In this document: positions 13,945 through 28,467 of the stretch, in pieces
How positions within the stretch are numbered: position 1 is the first letter of the stretch
Layout: every line of letters begins with the position of its first letter
NCBI GenBank assembly: GCA_028534125.1
Contig: CM052816.1
Coordinates: 806,001 to 870,000, forward strand
Length of the DNA stretch: 64,000 bases
Direction of reading: 5' to 3'
From: Lama glama
Lineage: Eukaryota
The notes under the pieces: model-generated
Database searches by the model: none
Seen by the model: only the letters and a program-made list of their open reading frames with translations
What the model was told of the DNA's origin: nothing
Translations under genes and position numbers: made by a program

Positions 13945-14409
13945 GGAAGAGACACCAGAAATAAAGAGAAAAAGCCATCTGCAAGGCAAGCAGAGAGGGG
14001 TCAGAAGAAACCAGATCTTCCAAAACCTTAATCTTAGGCTTCCAGCTTCCAGAAATAAGAGAAAGTTAATTTGTTTTTTTTTTAAGCCTCCCAATATGTG
14101 GTATTTTGTTATGGCAGTCCAATCAAATTAACACGTTTGAGTGCTGTGAAGTGGAGTGTTGCTGTAATGAATACATAAACATGTGGAAGTAGTTTTGGAT
14201 ATAGGCAATGAGCAGAATCTGGAAAAGTTTTGAGATGCATGTTAGAAAAAATCAAGTTTGCCTTGAACAGACTGTGTTCTGGAATTTGGATTTTAAAGGC
14301 AATTCTGGTGAGGCCTTATTGAAATAAGGTACAAGTCACTGGATTAAAGGAAGTCCTTATTATAAAAAGGCAAACAATTTAGCTGAGTTTTGTTTTCGTT
14401 GTTTTGTGG
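13945..14409 (+). mobile_element. MaLR (MLT1-like) LTR 3' part plus internal remnant
   Basis: 'gccatctgcaaggcaag..cttccagaa..gtggtattttgttatggcag' followed by MLT1-int-like 'gtggagtgttgctgtaa..aaacatgtggaagt'. Confidence 0.6.
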
Positions 14410-15450
14410 TGTTAGAAAAGAGACAACGGGACCAAAATGGAGTCACTTGTGCTGAACCCATGGTACCAAACCAAGACTTAATACCTAATCTAACTGCAGA
14501 TTCAATGTCTCCTAGGAATGTAATCTTTAATCAGTCAATCCAGAACTACCTGGTGAGCACCAGTGAGGTAATCCTTGATAGGTAACCAGTGACCTAAACC
14601 TTAAACAATTCTTTTCCCTCCTGCTTCTGCCTATAAATTCTTTACATTTTGTGCAGCTCCTTAGAGCTGTTTTCCACTGGCTATGAGACGTTGCTCCATT
14701 AATGAATTGTTCAATAAAGTCAGTAAGATTTTAAACTTTTACTCAGTTGAATTTTGTTTTCTAACAGATTTGGCAGCAGAATAGAGATCCAAAGTGAACT
14801 TCTGCTGGCTTCAGGGTCAATGAAAAACAGGCACAGAGAAAACTATGAGTTCTCTTTCTCGCTATTTCTGAGGGCCATCAGTAAGTTCCTCTTGGTTCTG
14901 AGCTCTGCTCTCTTTGAGTCAAACTCCTGGCCTAACTGGCCTTCCACAGGTCCCCATCTGACTGCAATTTCTCCCAAAATTCTCTCCCCACTCTCCTCAG
15001 ATCCCACACTGGGAACTGCTGTTGCTTAAGGGCTGGAGTTGGACTGGGTCTAACTTAAAACCAGACTGGGCCCAAAATGGGACTGACTTAAGCTGGACTG
15101 GATGTAGTAACGGCTATTGCTAATTAGAATGTTGGCACATTGTAAGCCAACAGCTGAAAAATTGGCAGGCACACAGATTGAGCATTTAAAAATTGTTAGG
15201 GCACTTGCCACCCAACTCAAAGACTCCCATGTTAGGGTAAGCTGGTCATGGACTGGGTTAGATTGACACTAGGTCACCAACTCCAGGCCCTTCTCTCCTG
15301 TGAGAGAAAAATTATGTAGATTCTAGTCCTGTTCATTGTCTCTGAGGTTTCGTTATACACCTGTAAACTAGACTGGATCCTGAATTCTTCTAGTTTCCGC
15401 AAAAGTATGGCTAACGATCTCCAAAATAACATTTTCAGAAATTTGTGCAA
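14410..15450 (+). mobile_element. ERV LTR (14410-14766) plus adjacent internal sequence
   Basis: Perfect 10-bp inverted termini TGTTAGAAAA..TTTTCTAACA; TATA-like ctataaa at ~14631; AATAAA at ~14713; PBS-like 'tttggcag' directly after the LTR. The 3' limit is approximate. Confidence 0.7.
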
Positions 15451-17283
15451 AACATAAAATAAATTTTCACTGTTAGAATTATTATAAAAAAATCTGCCAA
15501 TTATTATTATATTGGGGATAGATGCTCTAAATGGAGAAAGTTGGGGCTTCTCTTGAGATAATGTTGTTTGCCACAAAATGTCTATGTGAAATATTTTGCT
15601 CATACATACACTGGATATATGTGCTTGTACAAAAAGTACTATATATTCTTTTATATATAAAACCAGTTAGTTTTACTTTTTTTAAATTATAAAAATAAAA
15701 AAGAATGTGAACACATACTAAAGTAGAGAGAATAGAATAAAGAATTCCCATTTACCTGAACCAACTTCAACAATTAGGAACTCATGGCCAACCTGTGGTC
15801 TCTAGACTCCTATCGTTTCCCCACATCCTCTCATCAGTACACAGCTATCAAAGACAAGGGCTCTTGTACAAAATACTAGTCACAATACCTTTATCATGCC
15901 TAAATAGCAATAGTCTTCAATGTCATCAAATCATCAGTACCCTTACATTTATAAGTAACCCCATCACCGCAAGCAACACTCAGGAAGCCACGAACCACAT
16001 GTGGGGGCAGGACATGCTATAAAGCAAGCTGAGTTCTGGAGGCCACTGCCCTGGAATTGCCTGCATGCCAGCCGTGCCCTCTGCAAACAAGAGAAAAATA
16101 CTATATTGTCTAAAAATTCCTCAAGAACTTACAAGTTTTCTTATAATGCCAAATAGAGTTGAAAGGAAGAGTTCTCAGATACGGGTGTAAATCAAGAAAA
16201 TGATCTCAAGGAGTAATCAATATAGGACAAAATACTTCCTTCAGATACTGGCTGACTGCAAGGGCATCAAATGCCTATGGATTGTTCAACTTGCTCCCAG
16301 AGGAATTGTAACAAAGAAAGAAAGAAACAGACTGGAGACACCTCAAATGAGTTATCTTTTCCAAATATGAGAACCAAATTATACATTATGTATTACACAA
16401 GGAAATAAGCTACCAGAATGAAGGGTCAGAAGAAATTAAATATCACATAAACTTCAGGTATTGGCATTATGATTAAAATGATAAAATTGGAATTATGACT
16501 ATAATGATAAAATAAATGGGAAAAATAAGAAATCAAACTATTATGGAAAGAGAAAGACATTATAGTCTCGCCAAGGTGTATCTGGAAGATATACAAATAG
16601 AAAGTAGGCAGTTAAAATATAATAAATTGACTCAACATACCACGTATAGGCTAAATATTAATTAAGGATGAGCTGAAGAAATGATTAGTGAGCTAAAATA
16701 TTTAGCAGAAAGAATACAGGTAAATACAGTAAAAAGGTAAAATGATAGAAAACACTAATATATGTGTATATATTTTAATACTAGGATATAAAGACATTTA
16801 GAACACCTAATGGTTTCACAAGAATATATTAAAAGAATAAAGGAAAATTATCAAAGTAAATGGAGTTTCAATATTTATAGAAAAAACTCAAGACTGGAAT
16901 CCTTGCATTCATAATTGAACTGTGCCAAAAAAGAGACAAAGAAAAACACTAAAAATAAATAATCGTCAAACTACATAATATCAAAAAAAAGGAGAAAACA
17001 TAAAGGCAATGAGAGAGAAGGAGATAACCCACAAAGTTGAGAGAAAAATGCCCACAGCCTATATACAGCCAGATCACAGGGAAAAAGATACTGAGTGCTA
17101 GGATAAATTATTATTTAAGCTAGAAATGAATGCTTAGCTAAAGCACATTTAATAAATAAGAGTAAAATGAAATACTTTCTAAAGTAAAAACAGTGAGATA
17201 TTTATTTACATATAAGGTATTCTTCAGAATTTAATTCAAGAAGGAAGAAAATTTTTCTTTAGTGAAGTTCTGAAAATCAAAAT

Positions 17284-17380
17284 GGGGGGAGGTATAGCTC
17301 AGGGGTAGTGTGTGCCTCGCATGCACAAGGTTCCAGATTCAATCCCCAGTACCCCCGTTTAAAAAAAGAAAAAAAGAAAT
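17284..17380 (+). mobile_element. tRNA-Ala-derived SINE (camelid Vic-1-like)
   Basis: A-box 'tatagctcaggggtag', B-box-like 'gattcaatccc', A-rich tail, flanking direct repeat GAAAATCAAAATG. Confidence 0.85.
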
Positions 17381-17486
17381 GAAAATCAAAATGAAAGGTA
17401 AGTTACTTTATTTGGGAATATCACATAATGGTGAATATTAACCAAAGGAACAAAATAATCTTTGTCAACATTGGTTTCGAAACTAT

Positions 17487-18534
17487 TTAAATATATAAAA
17501 AGCGTAATTCCACACATTTTACATAATTAAATAGCAAATTGTGTGTTGATTTATTTAAACCAGTGGGCAAAACAATTTGTTCTGCAGAAAATTTTTCTAT
17601 AAATTGATGGCACTTCCTTTGCATGTTTAGTAGAATATTGGTTACCCTTTTATCAGAACTGAGTAGCACCAAAGGACTAACCATAGTATAAGCATTGATC
17701 GCAAGTCTCAGGATACCCAGAAATACTGGGTCATATGCCCACAACAGGACTGAGGAGAATGAGGTGATAAAGGTCACACAGTACATGACCACAAAGAAAA
17801 TTACCAGCAGTAGAATGGTCCGGGTGACTTTCTTCCCTGGGGAGGCTCTTGGGGAAAGGTGGGTGCTGTGAAGACGCTGGGATCTCCTGTGATGTCTGAA
17901 CAACAGAATCACCATGTATACACTTGCAAGCAGCATGATTCCTACAAAGGAGGCATCTCTGAATATTGTCAGAATGAAGAACAGTCTCCTGATGATGGAG
18001 TCTTTGGCAGAAAGTGAGCAGTATTTACTGACATTCAGTAGATTGGCCTGGGTCAGATTGTAAGATGCAACAGTGGAGAAGATGAAGTTACTACTGAGAG
18101 AAAAATTGAGGGGCCATAGGAAGAAGAAAATGTGGATGATGCAACTTGTGGATTTCTGTTTAAATCTCACAAAACAGGAAGGGTTGGGGCTGATGGTGAT
18201 GGCCTGGAACACACTCAGGAGGCAGGTGGTACCAATGGAAAGGCCCCTCATAACTCTGTTCACAAAGAAGAATACCTTACATTTCAAGTCATTCTGAAAA
18301 TGCAGTGACTCAAACAGGCATGAAGACAACACAAACAGTACAGTGAGGAGCATCACTATATGGATGAAGGCCAAATGACAGGTGATCAGGTCACAGGGCC
18401 TGGGCCTGCGATCCAGGCTGAGGGTGAAGACGTGGAAGAAAAGGAGAAAAGCATTGGCTGAGACGCCAATGCCAGATTGGAAAAAAAAAGATATTTTTAA
18501 TAATAACGTAAGTGGAAGCTGATGTTAATGACAT
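17487..18534 (-). pseudogene. Vomeronasal type-1 receptor (V1R), near-intact with one lesion at the 5' end
   Basis: V1R motifs FQSGIGVSANAFLL, DLITCHLAFIH, NRVMRGLSIGTTCLLSVFQAITISP, YMVILLFRH, TRTILLLV and SPLVLLSSDKR. The frame is open from ACG at 18509 to the stop at 17487; upstream ATGs (18534, 18585) are one base out of frame across an A9 run at 18481-18489. Confidence 0.85.
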
Positions 18535-21500
18535 GGAGGAAATGTATTTTGTATGCCTGCCAAAAAAAGAAAAGTAGATCTCCATATCATCAATGTTCTT
18601 TCTTCAATTGTCTAGATTACTGCCTCCATTGTATTTTTATTCTTCCTAATCATTCATGGTTAATCCTATCTCATATAATTTTGTAAAAGCCTCAGCCTAA
18701 TTCTTCACAGCAAATCACACACACACACACACACACGTAAAACCCAACTTATCCACAATCATGTCTTTAGAGTGTGTTGTTGGTTATATTCCTATTACAC
18801 CAGAACTTTATTTTTTACAAAACATTTTTTGCCCCACATTTCGTAGTTTAATAATTAACATCCCAAACTATGATGAAATATAAAATTACTCAATTGTTTT
18901 GTAAAGCTAAACTGAGTACAATTTTATAAATATGGGAAGAATTATCAAAACTAAAAATTAGAAAAAATATCCTACCAAGTCTGTCTCATATCATATCACC
19001 TTCCCTGGATGTAATCATTATTATTATTTTTATCAAATTACTTTAATCCAGTAATCAGCTGTATGACACTGACAAAATGGAAAACCACCATATTCACTCA
19101 GTTTCTTTTGATTTGTAATAGTGCTCAGTTATATATTCAAGGTCACATAACTTGGTGACCAATATATACAAATATGTAAGACAATTTGAAAATCTTGACA
19201 GATGGGATTTTTGGCTCATGCCCAAAAATTCATTGCTCTAAAATGACCTAAATGCATAAATTTATAAAGGAAAAATGGTACAGTTGATTATGACTGTTAC
19301 TCTATCTCCAAAAGCTTAATCTAGTAAAGGGACCCCTATATCTTAAACACCAAGACCTGATAATTTCCAACAATATACCTCTGAAAGATCCCTACTATTT
19401 AATTCTGCTCATACACTGGACTCGGGAGAAGCACCAGAGTAATACTGACTTAAAGGCTTAACATTCTTAATACTTTAAGGATCATAGTTCACCAGTAGTA
19501 AGGGAATATTAAGGCATGAAATAAGTACTAATATATACATGATAACTACATATCTGAATAAATTTATTAATATCCAAAATAAACTAAATAGAGAAATAAA
19601 CTAAAAAGCGAAAATAAAAATAATTAGAAAAATAACATACAGAAGAATTTTAGTACTTTCTATTCTTGCCCCATGAGATTTCCAGGTCACCTCCTCTAAC
19701 TGATGTCCCTTACTCAATAAATGACTACCGCATCCTGAAAAGGAGTTGATTTTCGTGATCATCAAATGGTATCCTTCTTCAACGAGGCCCTTGAGGAGAA
19801 AGGTGGTCAGCCTGAACAGAGAAGTGACATGGTTCCCATGGATTTCGGCTGACCACTAAAAACATAATTAATTTTAATTCATATTTTGGAAGTTTATCTC
19901 ACCTGCAAGAACCAAACAACTAATAGCACAAACTTCTGCACCTACAAAATATATATATATTTGATGTTTGTCTGAATTTTAAATTTAATCATGTGTTTTT
20001 GTATATTTATTTGATGAACCTGGAAACCCCAACATGCAAGAATTGGAGAATTTGCAAAAATGTCACTAAATGGACAAGAAAAAAAAGACTGACCATAAAT
20101 TTGGTCTTAGATCAAATGCCTGTATCAAAGAGAAAGAGTATAATGAAAAGAAAAAGACTTTTACAAGAATCCAAATGCTATTTTCCACAAGATGACTATG
20201 TTCTGCTGAAGAAAGTGAAGTTTAATAAAACATTTTCCTTAGCTTAACAAAAACATGGAATTGCCAGAGTGTGTTAGTTAATAACTATTATATAGAGATT
20301 TTTGTACTCAGGCTGGTGTGTATTTATTTAGGTATGTTTTCTAGGTGATAAAATATTGTTTTACTATTGTTTACCATTAATGCAAATGTCATTTTTCTCA
20401 TTAGATTTGCCATATTCTATGAGTATCTTTAGAAGATCTATGATTGGACGTTGACAGCATAAAGTGATTACAAGAACTGCTGGAGACAAGAGGAGAGAGG
20501 TTTTGCTCAGTGGCAATAGTTAGAAACAGGAAAAACAAAGCTGGCAATGTCATTAAAAGAAAATACCTTTCCATTATGATTAGTTTATAAAAAGACCTTG
20601 ATGAAATGCAAAAATGCCAAGTAATAAATAGGATAAACATCAGAAACCACTGAATAAGTAAACTACATCTATTGTTGCATGGCAGTTGAATTTAACGTAT
20701 GGTGTGGCTGGAAGCACAATGCTTGCCAACAAGGATATTTACAACTTCAAGATATTAATTCTCAGCCACTCCCACCAGGGAAAAAAATCATAGGAAGAGA
20801 AGGTGTCGCTGCATAAGAAAAAGACAGAAAAACACTGGCAGGTCTTGATCACAAATCTTGTGCTACAAATTTGATAAACCCTAAAAGTTCTGTCAGACAG
20901 TGTTTTTTCCTCACCACCATGTCTCGTGCTTTATAACATCATAATTCCAAGTAGTCTTCAACATTATAAACATACTAAGATATCTATAAACTTAAAAGGA
21001 AAAAGACATATGATGAAATCATTTTGAATTAGTTCAGATAACTTGTAAAGATAAAACCACCTAAGTACATACAGTAAGTAAAACTGAGAAAAGGAAGAAA
21101 AAAAGTAAGTGCAATTCCAATTCAAACACCTCACAAAGTTCTAAAGATGCTTTCAAAAATCTATAAATGCACGGCCTCATAAGATTCATGAAATTGAGAT
21201 TTTTTTCATTTGGAAATATCTACTGCATTTAGTTCTGATTCACTAACTATTAGACTGAAATTATGAGAGAGAATTCTCCTAACACTTCAATGAGAAGTAT
21301 CTGCCTCATCTCACCAATCACACAGACTCCTGAGCATTCACAGTTTATGAAGCTGAGGAACAGACACTCACCCAGCAGTGTCTTTGGAGTAAGTCCATGT
21401 ATGTGAGTTAAGTGCCTCAACACATGGTTATAAGGCAGGGATGTCATGAGCTCATCTTCCTCCAGGCCCATAATTGTCATGCCACTTGCAGAAGCAGGAC

Positions 21501-24500
21501 AGCCCTGCTCTTGGGACCATTAGACATGGGAGCCTCCAAGGAAAAACTAAACTTCCCTCATTCTTGGAAAACATTCGACCAGGAACAGCTGGGTTCCAAT
21601 CTTCCCCATGTGTGAGCTCATTTTTCTGGATGACCTTGCCCGGGTGGGTTGTATCATCTCAGTTCCTGTCCACAAAAAAAACCCCAATTTGAACAATCAC
21701 CCTAATTTCAAAATGAGCAGAACACCATGACCCTCCCCAAATTATCCCCACTGGTTCGAGGGCTCTGAGTCCTTCATATGCGTTATCCATTGGTTTCTAT
21801 TTTTAAGGCCAAAACTAAACTAGAAGCCCCTCTGCGGGAATTAGAAAAATATACTCTCAGCCTGAAATACATAGGCAAGGAGCTTGTCCTACAGAGACAC
21901 AGCTTTGTGCAAGGGCACCTGGCATGGGGAGCAGGACGCTGGCTGCTTTTTACTCCTCCATCTGATTTTCCAGGTGCATTCATAGAGTGTGGGAAGAACA
22001 CATCCATTCCAAAACGTGCTGAGGTCTGAGATACGAAAGGTCTGTCCTAAATACTTTATCCTGAAATGAAGCGTCAGATTCCTTTGCATTCTCTGTCTCT
22101 CACATCGCCCGACCTCCTCTTTTGCTAATATTCATAGGGTTATTTTATTTCACACACAGTATTAAAGCATTCATTCTTTAACCATTGCAATAATTTTCTG
22201 TGACATCCATAACTGTATCTTTGTTCTAACTACCCTAAACTTAACCCTCACCTTAAGTATGACTGCCACATTTTTTGTCCTCTTTCTTAATAAAATATCA
22301 TTTTATAACAAATTGGTGACTTGTATTCCTCTAGAGTTTTGACTAGTAGCACAGGGCCCAGCCCTTAGCCTGTGTGAATTCACCCTGGTGTACAACTCAC
22401 AAGTTATTTTTGCTTCTCTGACAAATAAGAAATCTGTTTGGCCTTAGTCAGGACCACCCACCACACAGACTTCTAAAGTCTGAAATTAAACCAATCCTGC
22501 CATCACCAACCGAGCCCAGTTTATCATCAGCCACCTTTACTATGACATTGTTGCTTAATCCAGGTGGATTTCTTAGGTCTGGGGTTGTCTGCCATCTTGG
22601 AAGATTTTTAACTCCTTTTAAAATTTTTGTATAGTACTCCAGGAAAAGACTTTTAACCAAGAGTCATGTACTGAGAAATTATCTATGAAAAATAAAGGCA
22701 AAAGGAGGATACTCCAGGTGAACAAAAATTGAGCCAATTTATCGCTAGCCTTCTTATGTACTAAGGAACTTCAGTCTGAGAGTGATCCTAACAGAATGCA
22801 CAAAAAAGACAAAATATTAGTAAAAGTAATCTTGTAATTATAAAAGACGGCATGAAAGACTATTCCTTGTTTATTGATTTAAAAAAGCCATTGCATAAAA
22901 TACGTATATAATTGTACTGTTGGCCATATAAGTATAGAAACGTAATATATTTTTCAATAAATGCACAAAGAGGAAAACGGAAATGAAGCTGTTTGAGGCT
23001 CAGGAAATAGCTCCAGATAATAACTTGAATTCCTAGGATCAAATAAAGAGAACAGGAAATGGTAAAGTTAATATTAAAAATATAAATACATAATTGCTCC
23101 CATTTCTTCTCTCACCTTCTTTAATAGGAATGATATTACATACGGTGATCATTACAACAGTGTAATTTTGATAAACAGATGTAGTAACCATAGCATTACC
23201 ACCACAAAAAGGAGAGAAAAGAAACTAGAGCCATATAAAAGTAATGCTTCTGTATCTCACCAGAGTTTTGTTAGTATAACATGAAGGAGATTCTGATGAA
23301 TTAAAATGTATACAGTAAGCGCTAGAGCAACTAGCAAGGTCATTCTAAAATCAGATAAAATACTTTAAAACAACAACAACAATAGAAAGCCAGTTACTGG
23401 AGAAATAAAAGGGACATCTTATAATAAAAAGGGTCAATTCATCAGGAAGGTATAAAAAAAATTATATGTACCTAACAAAAATCACAAAAATAGAGTAAAT
23501 TTTTTTAAGTAAGGTGAAAAATGTAAAAAACAATATTGGGAGACTTTAATAAATCACTTTCAGTAATAGATAAAACAACAAAAAATCAACAAGTAAATGG
23601 AGTTGAACAACATGAGGAACTAACAAGAATTAACAGACATACAGCGAATACATCACCCAATAACAGTGGAATATATATTCCTCTCAAGTGCTTGGAGAAC
23701 ATTCTCGTGGATAGACCATAAGTAAGGCCATAAAAAAACTCAATAAAATCAAAATGATTGAAATAATGCAAAGTATATTCTCTGACCATTTGGAAGGAAA
23801 TTAGAACCAGTGACCAAATTCAAGAAATTTGATGAAACTTAGAAATAGGTTGAAATTAAACAATATACTCCTAAATGAGAAAGAGATCAAAGAAGAAACC
23901 ATAAAAAAAATGGAAAATGTTTGAGACTGGGAAAAGGATATCAGTTGGGGCAATCAATAAACATGTTTAAAAGCCTTGGTGGAAGGAACAGAGAATGGGA
24001 TGCTTTGGAGATTAGGGCCTTAAAAAATAACCATAAATTCCAGGGATCAAGAATACCATGTGAATGGTTAGAGTGGAACATATCACCAGAAACAGCCTAG
24101 ATGGTCCTAAGCACTCACCTATATTTGAACATCAAACTCTGAGCAAGGATGAAGAAATGGTAAAGGCAAAAAGGCGTATGTGAAACACAAAGCGCTCAGC
24201 TGGAAGATGTGGGATTTATTTTGAGAGGCCTGGCATTAAAGGATATCTGTCAAATCACTTACAGATCACTAAGCTAATGGAACATAAATTTTAAAGACAA
24301 TACATGACAAAGAATGCAGTCTTCACAAAAAAAAATTTTAGAATTCTCCCCTCGCCCCCATACACAGCTAAAATACAGTACAAGCAGCATCAAAATTTCA
24401 GGTAAAGAGAGAGAATCTGATTTCCAGAGTTACCACATTATAATGTTAAAATTATAAGCTATACAAAAAATAAATTATGGCCCGTTCACAATTTGAACAA

Positions 24501-24690
24501 ACTAATGGAAACCGTTCCTGAGAAGGTCCAATATTAAACATACTAGTAAAAGATTTTAAATCAAGTGTCTTAAATATGCTCAGGAACCTAAAGAAAAATT
24601 AAAACAAAGAACTAAAGGAAACCAGGAAAACAATCTCTCATCAAATAAGCAATATCCATAGAGACAGTGTTTATAGACAGAAACCAAAGA

Positions 24691-24840
24691 GGGGAGGGTA
24701 TAACTCGAGTGGTAGAGCACATGCTTAGCATGCACAGCATGCAGAAGGTCCTGGGTTCAACCCCCCAGTCCCTCCTCTAAAAACAAATAGATGAATAAAC
24801 CCAATTACCTCCCACTGCCCCCCCATAAAATAAAATATAA
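24691..24840 (+). mobile_element. tRNA-Ala-derived SINE (Vic-1-like)
   Basis: 'ggggagggtataactcgagtggtagagcacatgcttagcatgcac..gtcctgggttcaa'; flanked by AGAAACCAAA direct repeats. Confidence 0.85.
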
Positions 24841-27319
24841 AGAAACCAAAAATAAATTCTGAAGCCAGAAAAGTACAACCAAAAAAAAAAATTATGAGAG
24901 GGGATCCACAGCAGACTTCAACAGTCATTTAAAAATCAGCAAATTTGAACATACGTCAATTGAAATCTTCCATTCTGAATATCAAAGAGTAAAACAGTGA
25001 CCAAAAATGTACAATAATCTCACTATCATCTTAAGAGAATTCTGTGACACCATCAAGCACATCAGCACATACATTATATAAGTTCCAGGAGGCGAGAAGA
25101 AAAAGAAGGGAAAGAAAGAATACTTGAAGAAAAATGAGGTCAGGAAAAGAAAGTTCATTGAAGGAGTAAGTTTATATATATACACACATACTAATATTAA
25201 ATATATATTATATATTATACAAAACACAAATATTATATATATATATAAAACCTTAAATTAATGACAGCAATGATCCCAGGAGGGATGGGAGAAAGAAAGG
25301 AAGAACTCAGGATTATTTTGTTATTATACAGTATTCACATTATCCACGAAGTGGTATAGTGTTATTTAAAAGTGAACTTGGATTAGTCATAAATATATGT
25401 TGTAAACTATAGAGCAACCACCAAAAAAGTTTTAAAAAGAAGTATAATTGATATTCTAAAAATGGAGATAAAGAGGAATTGTATAAAATGCTGAATTAAA
25501 ACCAAAAAAGTCAGAAAAAGAGTGGAAGACAAAATAGGAAAAAAGAACAAGGGCAACAAAAAGAAAACAGTAACAAATATGGCAGATGTTATATCAATAA
25601 TTTCTTTCCATGTCTGTGGTCTAAATGCACCAATTAAACTGATTGCATCAAAATACGACCCAACACTATACTTATTCGAAATTTGTAGATACTAACAGGT
25701 ATATATAGAATAGATAAACCAGATTATACTGTATAGCATAGGGAAATGTATACAAGATCTTGTGGTAGCTCACGGTGAAAAAGTATGCCACAATGAATAT
25801 ATGTATGTTCGTGTATAACTGAAAAATTGTGCTCTGCACTGGAATCTGACACAACATTGTAAACTGACTACAACTCAATAAAATAAAATTAAAAAAAAAG
25901 AACCCTACTTAAACTATAAAGACACATATGGATTGAAAGTAAAAGGAGAAGGAAAAACACATCATGCTAACACTATTCAAAATAAAGCAAGAATATCTAT
26001 GTTAATGGCAGGCAGAGCAGACTCAAAGTAAGAAAAGTTTTCGGGAAAAAGAAGAGCATTACATAATGATAAAGAGTTAGTTCCCCAAGAGGACATAACA
26101 ATTCTTAATGTGTGTGCGCTTAACAACAGATAATCAAACTAAGCAAGGCAAAAATTGAAGACACCAATAGCCGTCTCTCATAAATGGACAGATTTATCAG
26201 GCAAAAAAATAGGTAAGAATAGTTGAACTCAAGAAGTCCATTAATCAACTGGATATTATTTAAATCTATAGATTACTTTATTTAACATCAGCAGAGTAGC
26301 CATTTTTCTCAAGTTCCTATGAAACATTAGCCAGGATACACCGCACTATAAGCAATGCACATTTTAATATATGTCTTAACAAATTTAGAAGTACAGAAAT
26401 CATATGCTGCCCACAAGCACAACCAAAATTAAACCAGAAATCGCAATAATAGAAAGATAACTGAAAAATACCAAGACATGGAGATTAAACAACACACTTC
26501 TAAATAACTCATGGGTCAAAAAATAAATTTCAAGATAAATTTTTAAAACATATTTTGTTCTCAGTGAAAATAAAACACACCTTATCAAATTGGGGACGAA
26601 TCAGCAAGAGCGGTACTTAGAGGGGATTTTATAGCATTAAAAGCATGTATTAGAAAATGAGATAGATCTAAAGTCTATCCTCTAAGTTTCCACCTTAGGA
26701 CACTAGAAAAAGAAAGGCAAATTGAAATCAATAGGTAAACAACAAGATCCCACTGTATAGCCTAGGGAACTATATTTAATACCTTGTAATGGCCTATAAT
26801 GAAAAAGAATATGAAAAGGAATATATACATCTATGAATGAATCACTATGCTGCACACTATAAATTAACACAACATTGTAAACCAACTATACTTCAATTAA
26901 AAAAGAAAGCAAAATAAGCAAAGTAAAAAATTATAAGAATTTTAACATAAATTAGTGAAATTGAAAACAGATTATTAATACAAAAAAAAAAACACCCAAA
27001 AGCAGTCTTATTGAAAAGATCAATAAAATTGAAGGTATTCTAGCCATATTTACAAAATGTTGGGGGAGAGGATACTAATTACTAGTATCAGAAATGAAAT
27101 AGGGGCCATCACTACAGATTTGACGGAAATTAAGAGGAAAATAATGAAATACTAAGAATATCTCTGTGCTCCCAAATTAATAACCCAGATGAAATGAAGC
27201 AATCCCTTGGAATACACAATCCAATCATTTAATTCATAATTAAAACTCTCAGTAAACTAGGAACAGGGGAGACCTTTCTCAATTTTATAAAGACTATCTA
27301 TAAAAAATCTACAGTTGTG

Positions 27320-27405
27320 GAGTGTGGGGTGTAGCTCAGTGGTAGAGCATGTGATTAGCATGCATGAGGTCCTGGGTTCAATCCTCAGTACCTTCATTAG
27401 AAGAA
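27320..27405 (+). mobile_element. tRNA-Ala-derived SINE (Vic-1-like)
   Basis: 'ggggtgtagctcagtggtagagcatgtgattagcatgcatgaggtcctgggttcaatcctcagtacc'; flanked by TCTACAGTT direct repeats. Confidence 0.85.
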
Positions 27406-28426
27406 AACTCTACAGTTAACATTAGACTTAATGATGAGACACTTAAAACTTTCCACTAAGATCGAGAATAAGGCAAGGAGGTCCCCTCTGAACATTGCTT
27501 TTAAACACTGTGCTGGAAGTCCTTGTTCTTCATTCAGTAAGTCAATAAGAAAAGTTAAAATATTTTTCCTACAGTATTTGTTAATTGTTTATCAAGAGAA
27601 ATTATTCCTTAACCCAGATATTCATAGTTCATAGTTTCATAGTTCAGGAATGCAGATAAGTGATATACTTGAAAGAATCAACAAGAACCAAGAACCCTCT
27701 GAAATAATTTGAGTAAAAACAAGGTTTCAAAATATATGGTTAATACACACACACATACACACACAAAAATTGATTTCAATATTCTAACAAATGAACAAGT
27801 GGAATTTCAAATTAAAAACACAATACCATTTACATTAGCACACCAAAATTAAATACTTTAATATAAATCTAATAAAATATGTATAAGATCTATATGAGAA
27901 AAACTACAAAATCTTAATGAATAAAATCAAAGAACTAAACAAATGGAAAGATGTCTATGATGGGTACAAACTCTTAATATTTTCAGGATATCAGTTTCTC
28001 TCAAATTGATCTATAGATTTAATGCAACCTCAATCGAAATCCCAGCAAATTATTTTACGAACATTGACATAAAGATTCTAAAGTATATAGGGAGCAGGAA
28101 AAGACTTAGTGTAGTCCACACACAGTTGAGACCAGAGCCTTAATTTTTTAAATTGATGGGCAAGAACAATATTGGAAGACTGACGCTACCTCACTTCAAG
28201 ATTTGCTATAAAGCTGCAGTAATCAAGATGGTGTGGTTTTGTCCAAAGAACAAACAGATTAATGAAAACAGAATAGAAAACCCGTAAAGAAACTCACATA
28301 AATATTATTAACTGATCTATAACAAAGGAGCAAAGGTGATACAAGGGAGCAAGGATAGTCTCTTAAATGGTGTTGGAAGAGCTGGACATCCACATGCCCC
28401 CTCCCAAAATGAAACTAGGCACTGAC

Positions 28427-28429
<3 letters not shown>

Positions 28430-28462
<33 letters not shown>
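28430..28462. repeat. (CA)n microsatellite
   Basis: About 16 CA units. Confidence 0.9.

Positions 28463-28467
<5 letters not shown>

Noticed and set aside
27320..27405. Functional tRNA-Ala genes (also 17284, 24691, 37371)
   Set aside because: Diverged, A-tailed and TSD-flanked, so they are SINEs.
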